This document shows, piece after piece, positions 8,118 to 16,548 of a DNA stretch of 64,000 nucleotides. This DNA is from Gemmatimonadaceae bacterium (GTDB lineage: Bacteria > Gemmatimonadota > Gemmatimonadetes > Gemmatimonadales > Gemmatimonadaceae). Numbering within the stretch: position 1 is the first letter of the stretch; each line of letters opens with the position of its first letter. The notes under the pieces are model-generated. The model had not been told where the DNA came from, made no database searches, and saw only the letters and a list, made by a program, of their open reading frames with translations. Location: contig JBJMOW010000002.1 in NCBI GenBank assembly GCA_045803545.1, forward strand, positions 384,001-448,000, read 5' to 3'. A program made the translations under genes and the position numbers.

Positions 8118-10562
8118 ATGAGCGCAGCGGCAACTGCCCGCCCAATGGCAGCCGCGCACGGCGGTGAGATCGACATCCTGCGTTCGTTTGCCCGCCGTAT
8201 CGATCCATCGGACGCGGGGGCATACAACAATCTCGGTGTCCTCTACTTCCGGAAGGGGCTGACCGACGAAGCCATCGTCGCATTTTCGCGCGCGTTGGCG
8301 CTCGATGAGCGCATGCACGTCGCGCGTCGGAATCTCGAGATCGCCTACGGTGAGAGCGGCTTGCTCGAACGCCGACTGCAGGAGCTCGAGGAGCGGCTGC
8401 GCACCAATCCGGCCGACGTCGAAGCGCTGGTGCAGAGCGGCATCGCCGAAAAGACGGCAGGACATCTGGAGCGTGCGCACTCGCTATTCCAGCGCGCGAT
8501 CGATCTCGATGCCGACAGCTCGGTCCTGCACTTTCTGCTGGCGGAAACACTTTACAATCGCGGCCTCCACGAAGAGGCTCTTCGATCGGTAAAACGCTCG
8601 ATCGAGCTGAATCCCGACAACCCCGACGCGTTGTATCTCATTGGCTTCATACTCGGCGATCTTGGCCGTGCCGAGGAAGCAGCAGACGCCAATCGTCGCG
8701 CCGTACAGCTGAACCCGACATTGGTGCGTGCGCAGGCGAACCTCTCGCTCGAGATGTATCGTCACGAGGTCACACCGAGCCAGGCGCACAAGACGTCAGC
8801 TGGCGCGCACATCACCCTTGGTCGCGCGCTCAGACAGAAAGGCTACTTCCAGGAAGCGCTGAAGGAGTACGAGCGCGCAATTGAAGGCGGCGAGGCCAAC
8901 GCGGAAGTCCTGCAGGCGATGCTCGAGCTGTACTTGCTCCAGCGCGATACCGGCGCCGCGATCGCAACAGCCGACCGCTTCGCGCGCGAGTTCTCTCCGA
9001 GCGCGAAGACGTGGAACGGTCGCGGCGTCGCGCTGCAACTGGCGGGGCGCCACGCAGAGGCGGAGCAGAGCTACAATCGCGCCCTCGAGGTGGACTCGAG
9101 CTATCCGTACGCGCACAACAATCTCGGCGTTCTGCTCTGGCACAAGCACGACACCAAGTCCGCGATCAACGCCTTCCGCCGCGCACTGCAGGCGCCGAAT
9201 CCCCCTGTCGAAGCCCGACTCAACCTCGCGCTCGGCTTGTTCCGCAGAAAGCACGTCGAGCTGGCGCTGGAAGCGTATCGACAGATACTTGCTGCTGCGC
9301 CAGAGCATCCGGTGGCGTGGAACGGTATCGGCTTGATCCTCGTCGAGCTGGAGAAGTACTCGGACGCCCGAAACGCGTTCGCTCGTGCCATTCAGGCGAA
9401 CCCTGATTTCGCTGAAGCGCATTACAACATGAGCTTCACGCTCTCGAATCTGGGCGATTTCACTGCGGCACTGCGCGAGACTAAGCGCGCGCTCGAGCTC
9501 GATCCGATGTACACGCCGCAGAAGCTGGAACTGGCGATCGAGCTGCCACACGAGGAGATCAGGCTCACTGTCGCTCCACCGATCACGGAGAAAGACGAAA
9601 GCGTCGACCATGTCGAGGACTTCCATTTCGACCCAGCGATCATCGAGGAGCTGTTTGCCGAGAAGCGATCGCGGAAGACACCATACACGCCGGAAGATCC
9701 GCTTGCTGGGTTTGCGCTCGCGCGCGACCTGATTACCAAAGGGCTGTACGACAGGGCGCAGGGTGAGATCGCGCGCGTCCTTGCGCGTGGTGGTGACAAG
9801 GTTCTGGGCCTCGTGCTGGCAGGCGATGGATTCGCCGCGCAGGGGTTGCACGGTGAAGCGCTCGAGCGGTATCGCCGCGCGTTGGAGATGGACGACAACA
9901 ACTCCTACGCACGACAGGGGATCGCACGCTCGCTGCTCGCCCTTGGCCGGCCGGATGAAGCGAGACCGTACGCGGAAGCTCTGGTTGCGGCGGGCAGCAC
10001 CGACGTCAACCTTCTGCTGCTTGCCGCGGAAGCGCGCGTTGCATCGGCGGATAAGTCCGGAGCGCGCGAGATCCTGTTCGCGCTCCAGAGTAGCGAGGGC
10101 AGGAATGCGAACGTTCTGAAACGCGTCGCGGATCTTTATGCCGCGCTCGACGACGTACTGGAGGCGATTGGTGCTTACCGCGCCAGCCTCAGCATCGACG
10201 AGCGACAGGTGGAGGGTCGTATCGCCCTCGGTAGATTGCTGGCGAAATCCGGAGACGATTCCAGCGCGATCCGCGAGCTCGAAGCGGTGCTCGTCACTGC
10301 ACCGAGCAATGACATCGCGGTAGTCGAACTCGTGGGGCCGTATCGGCGCACCGGCCGTTCGCGCAGCGCACTGCCGCGCATTGTGGCCTTGATCCGCCGC
10401 GACGTGTACCACTTCGCGGGGCTCATTGCTTTGGGTGAGATCCTGATCGACCTCGCCCGCGACAGCGATGCACTTCGGGCATTCGAGCGAGTGCTCCGGT
10501 TCGACCCCAACCACTCGGAAGCAATGCGGTACCGCCGGCTTCTACTCAGAGGCCGCGTCTAA
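8118..10562 (+). CDS. Large cytoplasmic tetratricopeptide-repeat protein
   Basis: Many TPR units (AYNNLGVLY, AHNNLGVLL, AWNGIGLIL, AHYNMSF); no signal peptide or TM segment. Confidence 0.88.
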   Translation: MSAAATARPMAAAHGGEIDILRSFARRIDPSDAGAYNNLGVLYFRKGLTDEAIVAFSRALALDERMHVARRNLEIAYGESGLLERRLQELEERLRTNPADVEALVQSGIAEKTAGHLERAHSLFQRAIDLDADSSVLHFLLAETLYNRGLHEEALRSVKRSIELNPDNPDALYLIGFILGDLGRAEEAADANRRAVQLNPTLVRAQANLSLEMYRHEVTPSQAHKTSAGAHITLGRALRQKGYFQEALKEYERAIEGGEANAEVLQAMLELYLLQRDTGAAIATADRFAREFSPSAKTWNGRGVALQLAGRHAEAEQSYNRALEVDSSYPYAHNNLGVLLWHKHDTKSAINAFRRALQAPNPPVEARLNLALGLFRRKHVELALEAYRQILAAAPEHPVAWNGIGLILVELEKYSDARNAFARAIQANPDFAEAHYNMSFTLSNLGDFTAALRETKRALELDPMYTPQKLELAIELPHEEIRLTVAPPITEKDESVDHVEDFHFDPAIIEELFAEKRSRKTPYTPEDPLAGFALARDLITKGLYDRAQGEIARVLARGGDKVLGLVLAGDGFAAQGLHGEALERYRRALEMDDNNSYARQGIARSLLALGRPDEARPYAEALVAAGSTDVNLLLLAAEARVASADKSGAREILFALQSSEGRNANVLKRVADLYAALDDVLEAIGAYRASLSIDERQVEGRIALGRLLAKSGDDSSAIRELEAVLVTAPSNDIAVVELVGPYRRTGRSRSALPRIVALIRRDVYHFAGLIALGEILIDLARDSDALRAFERVLRFDPNHSEAMRYRRLLLRGRV

Positions 10563-11308
10563 TGGCGATCGAAGGACCACTGCGCGAGCTGAGTATTCAC
10601 GACGTCTTCCAGCTGCTCGACCTTAGCCGGAAGACGGGAACGCTGCGCGTGCATTCGCCGGAGCGAAACAACGAAGGAAGCGTCTACTTCGACGCCGGCA
10701 CCATCGTCGCCGCGACGATGAAGAGCAACCCGCATCTGCTCGGGACGATTCTCGAGCGCTCGGGCAAGGCGACACCAGCTGACCTGGCGCGCGCGACCGC
10801 CATGCAGCGCGCGGGCGACAAGCGACGTGTGGGTGAGATTCTCGTTGCGCAGGGTGTGGTGACACCACGCGACATCGATCGATTCATGCGACTGCAGATC
10901 GAGACCGTGGTGTTCGATCTCATGTCGTGGTCGGAGGGATTCTTCTCGTTCACCGAAGAGCCGCCTCGCCCGATCAGAAAGGACATTGCGGTTCGCGTGA
11001 GCACGGAATCGCTGCTGATGGAAGGAGCGCGTCGCATCGACGAATGGTCGCGGATGGCCGACAAAATCCCGGATTCCCTTGTCGTACCACGTCTGGCACC
11101 GTTGGACGACGGACCCGAGTCGTTCATCGATCTGCTGCCGCGCGAATGGGAAATCCTTTCCATCATCGACGGTGAGCGCAGCCTGCACGAGATTGCGAAG
11201 CGGCTCGTTCTTCCCGAATTCGAGGTCGCCAAGATCATCTACGGTATGTTGAGCACTGGTCTGATCGAGATCACTCCACAGGAACATGACGCAGCCGCCA
11301 GTGTCTGA
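10562..11308 (+). CDS. DUF4388 (PATAN-like) domain protein with C-terminal wHTH-like segment
   Basis: MAIEGPLRELSIHDVFQLL...KTGTL, W.EG.FSF, LLMEGARRIDEW; internal RRVGEILVAQG motif. Confidence 0.85.
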   Translation: MAIEGPLRELSIHDVFQLLDLSRKTGTLRVHSPERNNEGSVYFDAGTIVAATMKSNPHLLGTILERSGKATPADLARATAMQRAGDKRRVGEILVAQGVVTPRDIDRFMRLQIETVVFDLMSWSEGFFSFTEEPPRPIRKDIAVRVSTESLLMEGARRIDEWSRMADKIPDSLVVPRLAPLDDGPESFIDLLPREWEILSIIDGERSLHEIAKRLVLPEFEVAKIIYGMLSTGLIEITPQEHDAAASV

Positions 11309-11681
11309 GGCCGCGCGCATGTTGTTCGCCACGGCGATCGGCGAAGCCGAGCAGACGGCATTGCTGCTCGACTCGGTCGGCGTCCCGCTGGCCGGGAGCT
11401 ACATCGACCAGAGTGGTCGCGACATCTCTGGTGAGATCGGCGCAGCGCTCAGCGGCGTCAGCAAGGAAGTCTCGCGGTCGATGCGGATGCTTGCGATCGG
11501 AAACTGGACCGCAGTCGTGGTCGAGACCGATGCGGCGACAATCGCCCTCGCTCCGGCAACGGACGATGCGGTCGTGCTTCTTGCTTCTTCGTCAACAGTT
11601 CCGCTCGGCCTCGTACGACGGGTGTTGACGCGCTCCGTCGCACTGGCAATCAACTGGATGCGTGACAGGATGGGCCGATGA
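11286..11681 (+). CDS. Roadblock/LC7 (MglB/MglC-like) protein
   Basis: 131 aa; LLLDSVGVPLA near the N-terminus and PLGLVRR in the C-terminal helix; mglA neighbourhood. Confidence 0.75.
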   Translation: MTQPPVSEAARMLFATAIGEAEQTALLLDSVGVPLAGSYIDQSGRDISGEIGAALSGVSKEVSRSMRMLAIGNWTAVVVETDAATIALAPATDDAVVLLASSSTVPLGLVRRVLTRSVALAINWMRDRMGR

Positions 11682-12037
11682 AAGACGTCGCTCAGATTGT
11701 TGGCTCCTTGTCACGCGTGCCTGGTGTCACCGTCGCTATGATCGTCGGCGCGATCGACGGCCTCATCGTCGAGGCGAGCCAGGTTCCCGGCGCGCAGACC
11801 GAGGGCGACCGCAAGAAACACACAGCGGCATTGGCGGCGTATCTGTACTCGAAAGTGACGCGGGCTTCGAACGCGGCGCGGCTTGGCGTGCCCGCCTTCA
11901 TGCGACTCGAGGCGGAGAAGGGGCACATCTGCGTCGTTGGCGCGCGCGAACTGGTACTGGTAACGATCGTCGCGCCGGATGCGAACCTGGGACGAGTGAG
12001 ACTCGAGATGATGACCGCAGCGAAAGAGGCAGCGTGA
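11678..12037 (+). CDS. Roadblock/LC7 (MglB/MglC-like) protein
   Basis: VPGV..AMIV..IDGLIVE, AALAA, ANLGRVRLEM; ATGA overlap with the previous gene. Confidence 0.82.
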   Translation: MKDVAQIVGSLSRVPGVTVAMIVGAIDGLIVEASQVPGAQTEGDRKKHTAALAAYLYSKVTRASNAARLGVPAFMRLEAEKGHICVVGARELVLVTIVAPDANLGRVRLEMMTAAKEAA

Positions 12038-12522
12038 GCGATCCGACGGTAGCGGAAGCCTGGGTGGCGGCGCCTTTGCGCCGTCTCATGGAAGATGCCC
12101 GATTGATTTCCGGCGTGCTGCTTTATCCAAGCGGCCGCGCTGTTGGACAGTTCGGCTTCAGCAACGCCGCCGACGTGATGTCGATCTGTGCGCTCACTTC
12201 GGCGATTAACGCGTCGGCGCGCGAGCTCGGCCGCCAGCTCGACGGCAAACCTTTTTACGAGATGCATCACGCCGGCGCCGAGCGCCAGGTTTTCATGGCC
12301 CGTGCATCGGCTGGCACACAGGAATTCCTTTTCGTCGGCGTCTTCGATCGCGAAAGCTCGCTGGGCGTGGTCGAGATGTATTTCACGGAATTCCAGAAAG
12401 CGCTGGAGAAACTTCGCCCCGATGTACCAACGACCACGCCCCCGATCAAACCGGGTGGCGATTTCGAGGGCGAGCTCAATCGCAGTCTCGACGCCCTCTT
12501 CGGACCGGTAGGAAAACGCTAG
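12034..12522 (+). CDS. mglB: MglB-like Roadblock protein with C-terminal helical extension
   Basis: GTG at 12034 overlaps the upstream [14 protein letters not shown] motif; Pro-rich linker then [14 protein letters not shown]; directly precedes mglA. Confidence 0.75.
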   Translation: MSDPTVAEAWVAAPLRRLMEDARLISGVLLYPSGRAVGQFGFSNAADVMSICALTSAINASARELGRQLDGKPFYEMHHAGAERQVFMARASAGTQEFLFVGVFDRESSLGVVEMYFTEFQKALEKLRPDVPTTTPPIKPGGDFEGELNRSLDALFGPVGKR

Positions 12523-12523
12523 A

Positions 12524-13126
12524 ATGTCAGTCGTCAACTACGGCACGCGTGAAATCACGTGCAAGATCGTGTACTATGGTCCAGGGAGATCCGGCAAGAC
12601 GACGAATCTCCAGCATGTCTACTCGAAGCTCCCCGAGGAGCGTAAGGGAAAAATGGTCTCGCTGGCGACAGAGACCGACCGCACGCTCTTCTTCGATTTT
12701 CTTCCGCTCGATCTAGGAACGATCTCGGGTTTCGCGACGCGGTTCCAGCTTTACACCGTGCCTGGCCAGGTCTACTACGCCGCGACCCGCAAGCTGGTGC
12801 TGCAGGGCGTCGACGGTGTGGTGTTCGTCGCCGATAGCCAGTCCCGTCAAATGGCTGAGAACATCGAGAGCCTGCAGGACCTGCACGCCAATCTCGCCGA
12901 GGAAGGTCACGATCCGCGCAGCATTCCGCTCGTGATGCAGTACAACAAGCGCGACCTGCCGAAATCCGAGATCAGCTCCATCGAAGATCTGGACGAGACC
13001 CTCAACTTCAGGGGCGTTCCGCATTTCTCCGCCACCGCCGTCAGCGGCGGTGGAGTATTCGAAACGTTGCGCAGCATCTCGACCCTGGTGCTATCGAGGT
13101 TGAGCGCACCCGCGGGCAAAGCCTGA
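12524..13126 (+). CDS. mglA: MglA small Ras-like GTPase
   Basis: [16 protein letters not shown] (G1), [17 protein letters not shown] (G3), YNKRD (G4): Myxococcus/Thermus MglA signature. Confidence 0.96.
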   Translation: MSVVNYGTREITCKIVYYGPGRSGKTTNLQHVYSKLPEERKGKMVSLATETDRTLFFDFLPLDLGTISGFATRFQLYTVPGQVYYAATRKLVLQGVDGVVFVADSQSRQMAENIESLQDLHANLAEEGHDPRSIPLVMQYNKRDLPKSEISSIEDLDETLNFRGVPHFSATAVSGGGVFETLRSISTLVLSRLSAPAGKA

Positions 13127-13128
13127 CC

Positions 13129-13344
13129 GTGGCCGAACCGACGCGCAAGCAGGACGAAGAAGAAGGCGGAGAATTCGCCGAGTTCCTGGCTGATGTCAGC
13201 CACGAAATCGCCGCGCGCGTCGAGTCGCTGCAAACGCCATCACAGTCTACAGATCCCGTTAAGAAGACGCCTGTCGGCGCCGACGGCGGTGTAATCGTCG
13301 AGTGGCCCAACATCGCTGATCGCATGATAGAGGAATTGCGTTAA
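13129..13344 (+). CDS. Small acidic hypothetical protein (71 aa)
   Basis: Fills the mglA-to-DUF4388 gap exactly; TAATG overlap with the next gene. Confidence 0.65.
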   Translation: MAEPTRKQDEEEGGEFAEFLADVSHEIAARVESLQTPSQSTDPVKKTPVGADGGVIVEWPNIADRMIEELR

Positions 13345-14624
13345 TGGCGATCAAGGGCAGTCTCAAGGAAGCGAGTCTCCCCGACGTACTGCAGCTGCTG
13401 TCGATGGGAAAGAAAACCGGCTGTCTCGGTCTGTCGTTCCACGACAGCTTCGGCTCCATCTACTTCGACAACGGCCGCATTTGCCACGCGGCGATCGTAA
13501 ATCGGCCGCTCGACACCGAGAACTCGGTCTACACGCTTTTCACATGGACGAGCGGCACCTTCAACTTCGAAGCGAACGTCGAGCCTGAAGAAGGCGCCGA
13601 GCGCGTCTCGGTTGATCCACAGTCGCTCCTGCTCGAAGGTGCGCGTCGTGTCGATGAGTGGTCGCTGATCGAGAAGAAGCTGCCCAGCTTCGATGTCGTA
13701 TTCAGCCTGGACCGAGCGAAGCTGATGCTGAACCGCGATCCGCTTTCCCCGGAGCAGGAAGCGTTGCTCCCGTTGATCGACGGGCATCGCGACGTCAACG
13801 GTTTGATCCGTGATTCCGGCCTCGGCGAGTTCGAAGTTGGGAAAGCACTGTACGGTCTGCTGAATGCCAACTTCCTGCTGCCGGTCGGCCGCAAGCGCAC
13901 TACCCCGACGCTGCCACGGAACGCGAGCCCGCTCGAACGGCGAGAACTGGCGAGCGCCTTGTATCGCGCGGGGATGCACGACGAAGCTTTGCGTGAATTC
14001 CGCGCGATCGTAGAGGAAGCTGCTGATCCAGTCGCCTCGTTCCACCTTGGATTGATCGCGTTGCGCCAGAAGGAGTACTCCTCAGCGGTGAATTCCTTCA
14101 TGACGGCTGCGCCACACGCGCCGAGCAAGACGGCGCTGCTCCACAATCTTGCGCTGGCGTACGACGCGCTCGGCCAGCTCGAAAAGGCAAAGCTGGTCAT
14201 AGAGCGGGCGCTGAGCTCTGGCGGAAGCTCCGAGCCGCTGATTCAACTGGAAGGCGCCGTCGTAGCGCTGAGACTCGGCGACTATCAGACTGCGAAGATC
14301 CGTCTGAGCGAAGCGCGCAGCCTGTGGACGAGCAATCCTCCGCCCGCCATCTGGTTCCATTACGCCGCACAGGTCGCTGCGATGACGGACGACCCCGACC
14401 GCGAGATGCTTTTGCTGGCGGCGGCGACAGAGGCACATCCCGAGTCGGCAGTTCTTCTCAACAATCTGGCTGCCGCGAACCTCAAGCGAGAGGACTACGC
14501 TGCCGCGCGCGACGCCGCGGAGAAGGGAATCGCGATCGCTCCGGAATTATCTCAACTTCGGCGCAATCTGTCCGCGGCGCTCGAAGCGTTGTCCCACGCA
14601 GACCGTCAGGCGGCGAACCGTTGA
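13344..14624 (+). CDS. DUF4388 domain protein with C-terminal TPRs
   Basis: MAIKGSLKEASLPDVLQLL...KTG, W.SG.FNF, LLLEGARRVDEW; TPR-like LLHNLALAY and LLNNLAAA. Confidence 0.85.
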   Translation: MAIKGSLKEASLPDVLQLLSMGKKTGCLGLSFHDSFGSIYFDNGRICHAAIVNRPLDTENSVYTLFTWTSGTFNFEANVEPEEGAERVSVDPQSLLLEGARRVDEWSLIEKKLPSFDVVFSLDRAKLMLNRDPLSPEQEALLPLIDGHRDVNGLIRDSGLGEFEVGKALYGLLNANFLLPVGRKRTTPTLPRNASPLERRELASALYRAGMHDEALREFRAIVEEAADPVASFHLGLIALRQKEYSSAVNSFMTAAPHAPSKTALLHNLALAYDALGQLEKAKLVIERALSSGGSSEPLIQLEGAVVALRLGDYQTAKIRLSEARSLWTSNPPPAIWFHYAAQVAAMTDDPDREMLLLAAATEAHPESAVLLNNLAAANLKREDYAAARDAAEKGIAIAPELSQLRRNLSAALEALSHADRQAANR

Positions 14625-15454
14625 GCGCTGAAGTGATCAAAGCCGATGACGCGGGCTTTCGGACGCTGATGGAGAAAATCACGCGCGACAGCGGATTTCG
14701 CTGCGCGAGCTACAAGGATAAATGCTTGCGGCGGCGCATCGCCGTTCGGATGCGCGCGAAAGGCGCGTTCACCGCGACCGAATACGCGGGCGTTCTCGAC
14801 ACCGATCCGCGCGAGTACGAGCGGCTGCTGCGATCGCTAACGGTGAACGTGACCAAGTTTTTCAGAAACCCCGAGACTTACGCGGCAATCGAGAAGCAGG
14901 TAATTCCCTCGCTCTGGAGCTCGAGCGAAAACGGGATGCGCATCTGGAGCGCCGGATGCGCGTCGGGTGAAGAGCCATACTCGGTCGCGATACTGTTGGA
15001 CAAGCACGCGAGGGAAACGCGCAGTGAGAAGCGACTGCAGCAGGTCGATCTACTCGCGACCGACATCGACAGCGAAGTACTCGGCGAAGCGGAGCGCTGT
15101 TTTTATGCGGAATCGTCGCTGGCCGAAACTCCGCTTGCGCTCAGGGATCGGTATTTCCCGCAAGTCGCTGGTTTGAGGACCATGCTGCCCGAGGTGAGAC
15201 AGCTCGTTCGCTTTGAAAGCGATGATCTGCTCGGGTTCAGACCGCCCGTGTCCGAGGTTCACCTGATTCTCTGCCGAAACGTCATCATTTACTTCGAACG
15301 CGAAGCGCAGGACAGGTTGTTCGCCGAATTCCACCGTGTGCTTGCACCGGGTGGATTCATGGTCCTCGGCAAAGTGGAGACTCTGCTCGGCGAGGCGAGG
15401 GGACTTTTCACTCCCGTGAACGCACGCGAACGGATTTTCCAGAAGGCGTCGTGA
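14621..15454 (+). CDS. cheR: CheR protein-glutamate methyltransferase
   Basis: TVNVTKFFRN, IWSAGCASGEEPYS, ATDID, ILCRNVIIYF; start probably TTG 14621 (TTGA overlap) or GTG 14633. Confidence 0.94.
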   Translation: MSAEVIKADDAGFRTLMEKITRDSGFRCASYKDKCLRRRIAVRMRAKGAFTATEYAGVLDTDPREYERLLRSLTVNVTKFFRNPETYAAIEKQVIPSLWSSSENGMRIWSAGCASGEEPYSVAILLDKHARETRSEKRLQQVDLLATDIDSEVLGEAERCFYAESSLAETPLALRDRYFPQVAGLRTMLPEVRQLVRFESDDLLGFRPPVSEVHLILCRNVIIYFEREAQDRLFAEFHRVLAPGGFMVLGKVETLLGEARGLFTPVNARERIFQKAS

Positions 15455-16548
15455 TCGAGCTTGCCACAAACTCTGACGCAACGACGGTTCTCGTCGTCGA
15501 TGACAGCGCCTTCATGCGGAAGCTGATCGCCGAGCTGGTCGAAGCGAGTGGGCCATTCCGCGTAATTGGAACCGCATCGGATGGTGTCGAAGCCCTCCAG
15601 AAGGTGCGCATTCTCAAGCCGCAGATCGTCACGCTTGATATCGAGATGCCGCGCCTCAATGGCTTGCAAGCCCTCGAGCAGATCATGGCAGAGATGCCGC
15701 GCCCAGTGGTGATGCTCAGCGCCGCTGGTTCCGATCTCGGCAACGAGATGACGCTGCGCGCTCTGGAGCGGGGCGCGCTCGAATTCGTGCGCAAGCCTTC
15801 CGGACCCGTCAGCATTGATCTCTCGAAAGTACGCGAGCAACTGCGCTCAGCCCTCGAGGCCGCGCGAGCGGTGAACATGCAAAGCGTGACGACCGCGCCA
15901 CCGTCCACGCCGCCACCCCCGACCGTCGCCGAAGCGCCGTCGCCCGATGCTGCGACCCGCGTTATCGCGATCGCATCGTCGACAGGCGGACCACGTGCGC
16001 TCGCCGAGATCATTCCGCGACTTCCAGCAGAGTTGGGAGCGGCTGTAATCATCGTCCAGCACATGCCCCACGAGTTCACGAAGCTGCTGGCGTCGCGACT
16101 CAACGCGTTGAGTCAACTCTGGGTTGGCGAAGCGATCTCGGGGAAAACTCTTCGCGAGAATCGTGTCTATGTCGCGCCGGGAGGCCAGCACATGCGACTT
16201 CGCGGCTCGCCGGGAACTGCGACGATCGAGCTGGATAACACATCTCCGATGTGGGGCGTGCGTCCGGCCGCGGATCCGCTTTTTTTCTCGGTCGCCGAGT
16301 CGTTCGGCAGTTCCGCCGTCGGGATCGTGCTGACCGGGATGGGACGAGACGGCGCGGAGGGACTCAAGCGCATCCGCGACGCAGGCGGAGCTGCGATCGT
16401 GCAGGATCGTGAGAGCTCCTTGATTTACGGAATGCCACAGGCGGCGTTTGCCGCAGCCGGGGCAGATAGCGTCGCGACTATAGAAGAAATGGCGCCGACG
16501 ATCGTGAAGTTGTTATCAACCAAAGTGAGAAAAAAACAACATGCGTAG
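15451..16548 (+). CDS. cheB: CheB methylesterase with receiver domain
   Basis: REC domain (VDD, LDIEMP); catalytic motifs ASSTGGP, VQHMP, RPAAD and LTGMGRDG. Confidence 0.96.
   Translation: MIELATNSDATTVLVVDDSAFMRKLIAELVEASGPFRVIGTASDGVEALQKVRILKPQIVTLDIEMPRLNGLQALEQIMAEMPRPVVMLSAAGSDLGNEMTLRALERGALEFVRKPSGPVSIDLSKVREQLRSALEAARAVNMQSVTTAPPSTPPPPTVAEAPSPDAATRVIAIASSTGGPRALAEIIPRLPAELGAAVIIVQHMPHEFTKLLASRLNALSQLWVGEAISGKTLRENRVYVAPGGQHMRLRGSPGTATIELDNTSPMWGVRPAADPLFFSVAESFGSSAVGIVLTGMGRDGAEGLKRIRDAGGAAIVQDRESSLIYGMPQAAFAAAGADSVATIEEMAPTIVKLLSTKVRKKQHA

Noticed and set aside
8796..10514. 572-aa minus-strand ORF and similar long antisense ORFs (e.g. 6202-7134, 18490-19524, 34784-35806)
   Set aside because: They are shadows of well-supported plus-strand genes in high-GC DNA and show no recognisable motifs.
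11662..12033. N-terminal extension of the 286-aa ORF
   Set aside because: It overlaps the second Roadblock gene out of frame and is Arg-rich with no motif; GTG 12034 gives a coupled start.
14324..14620. N-terminal extension of CheR in the ORF track
   Set aside because: It overlaps the DUF4388-TPR gene; CheR similarity begins only after 14621.
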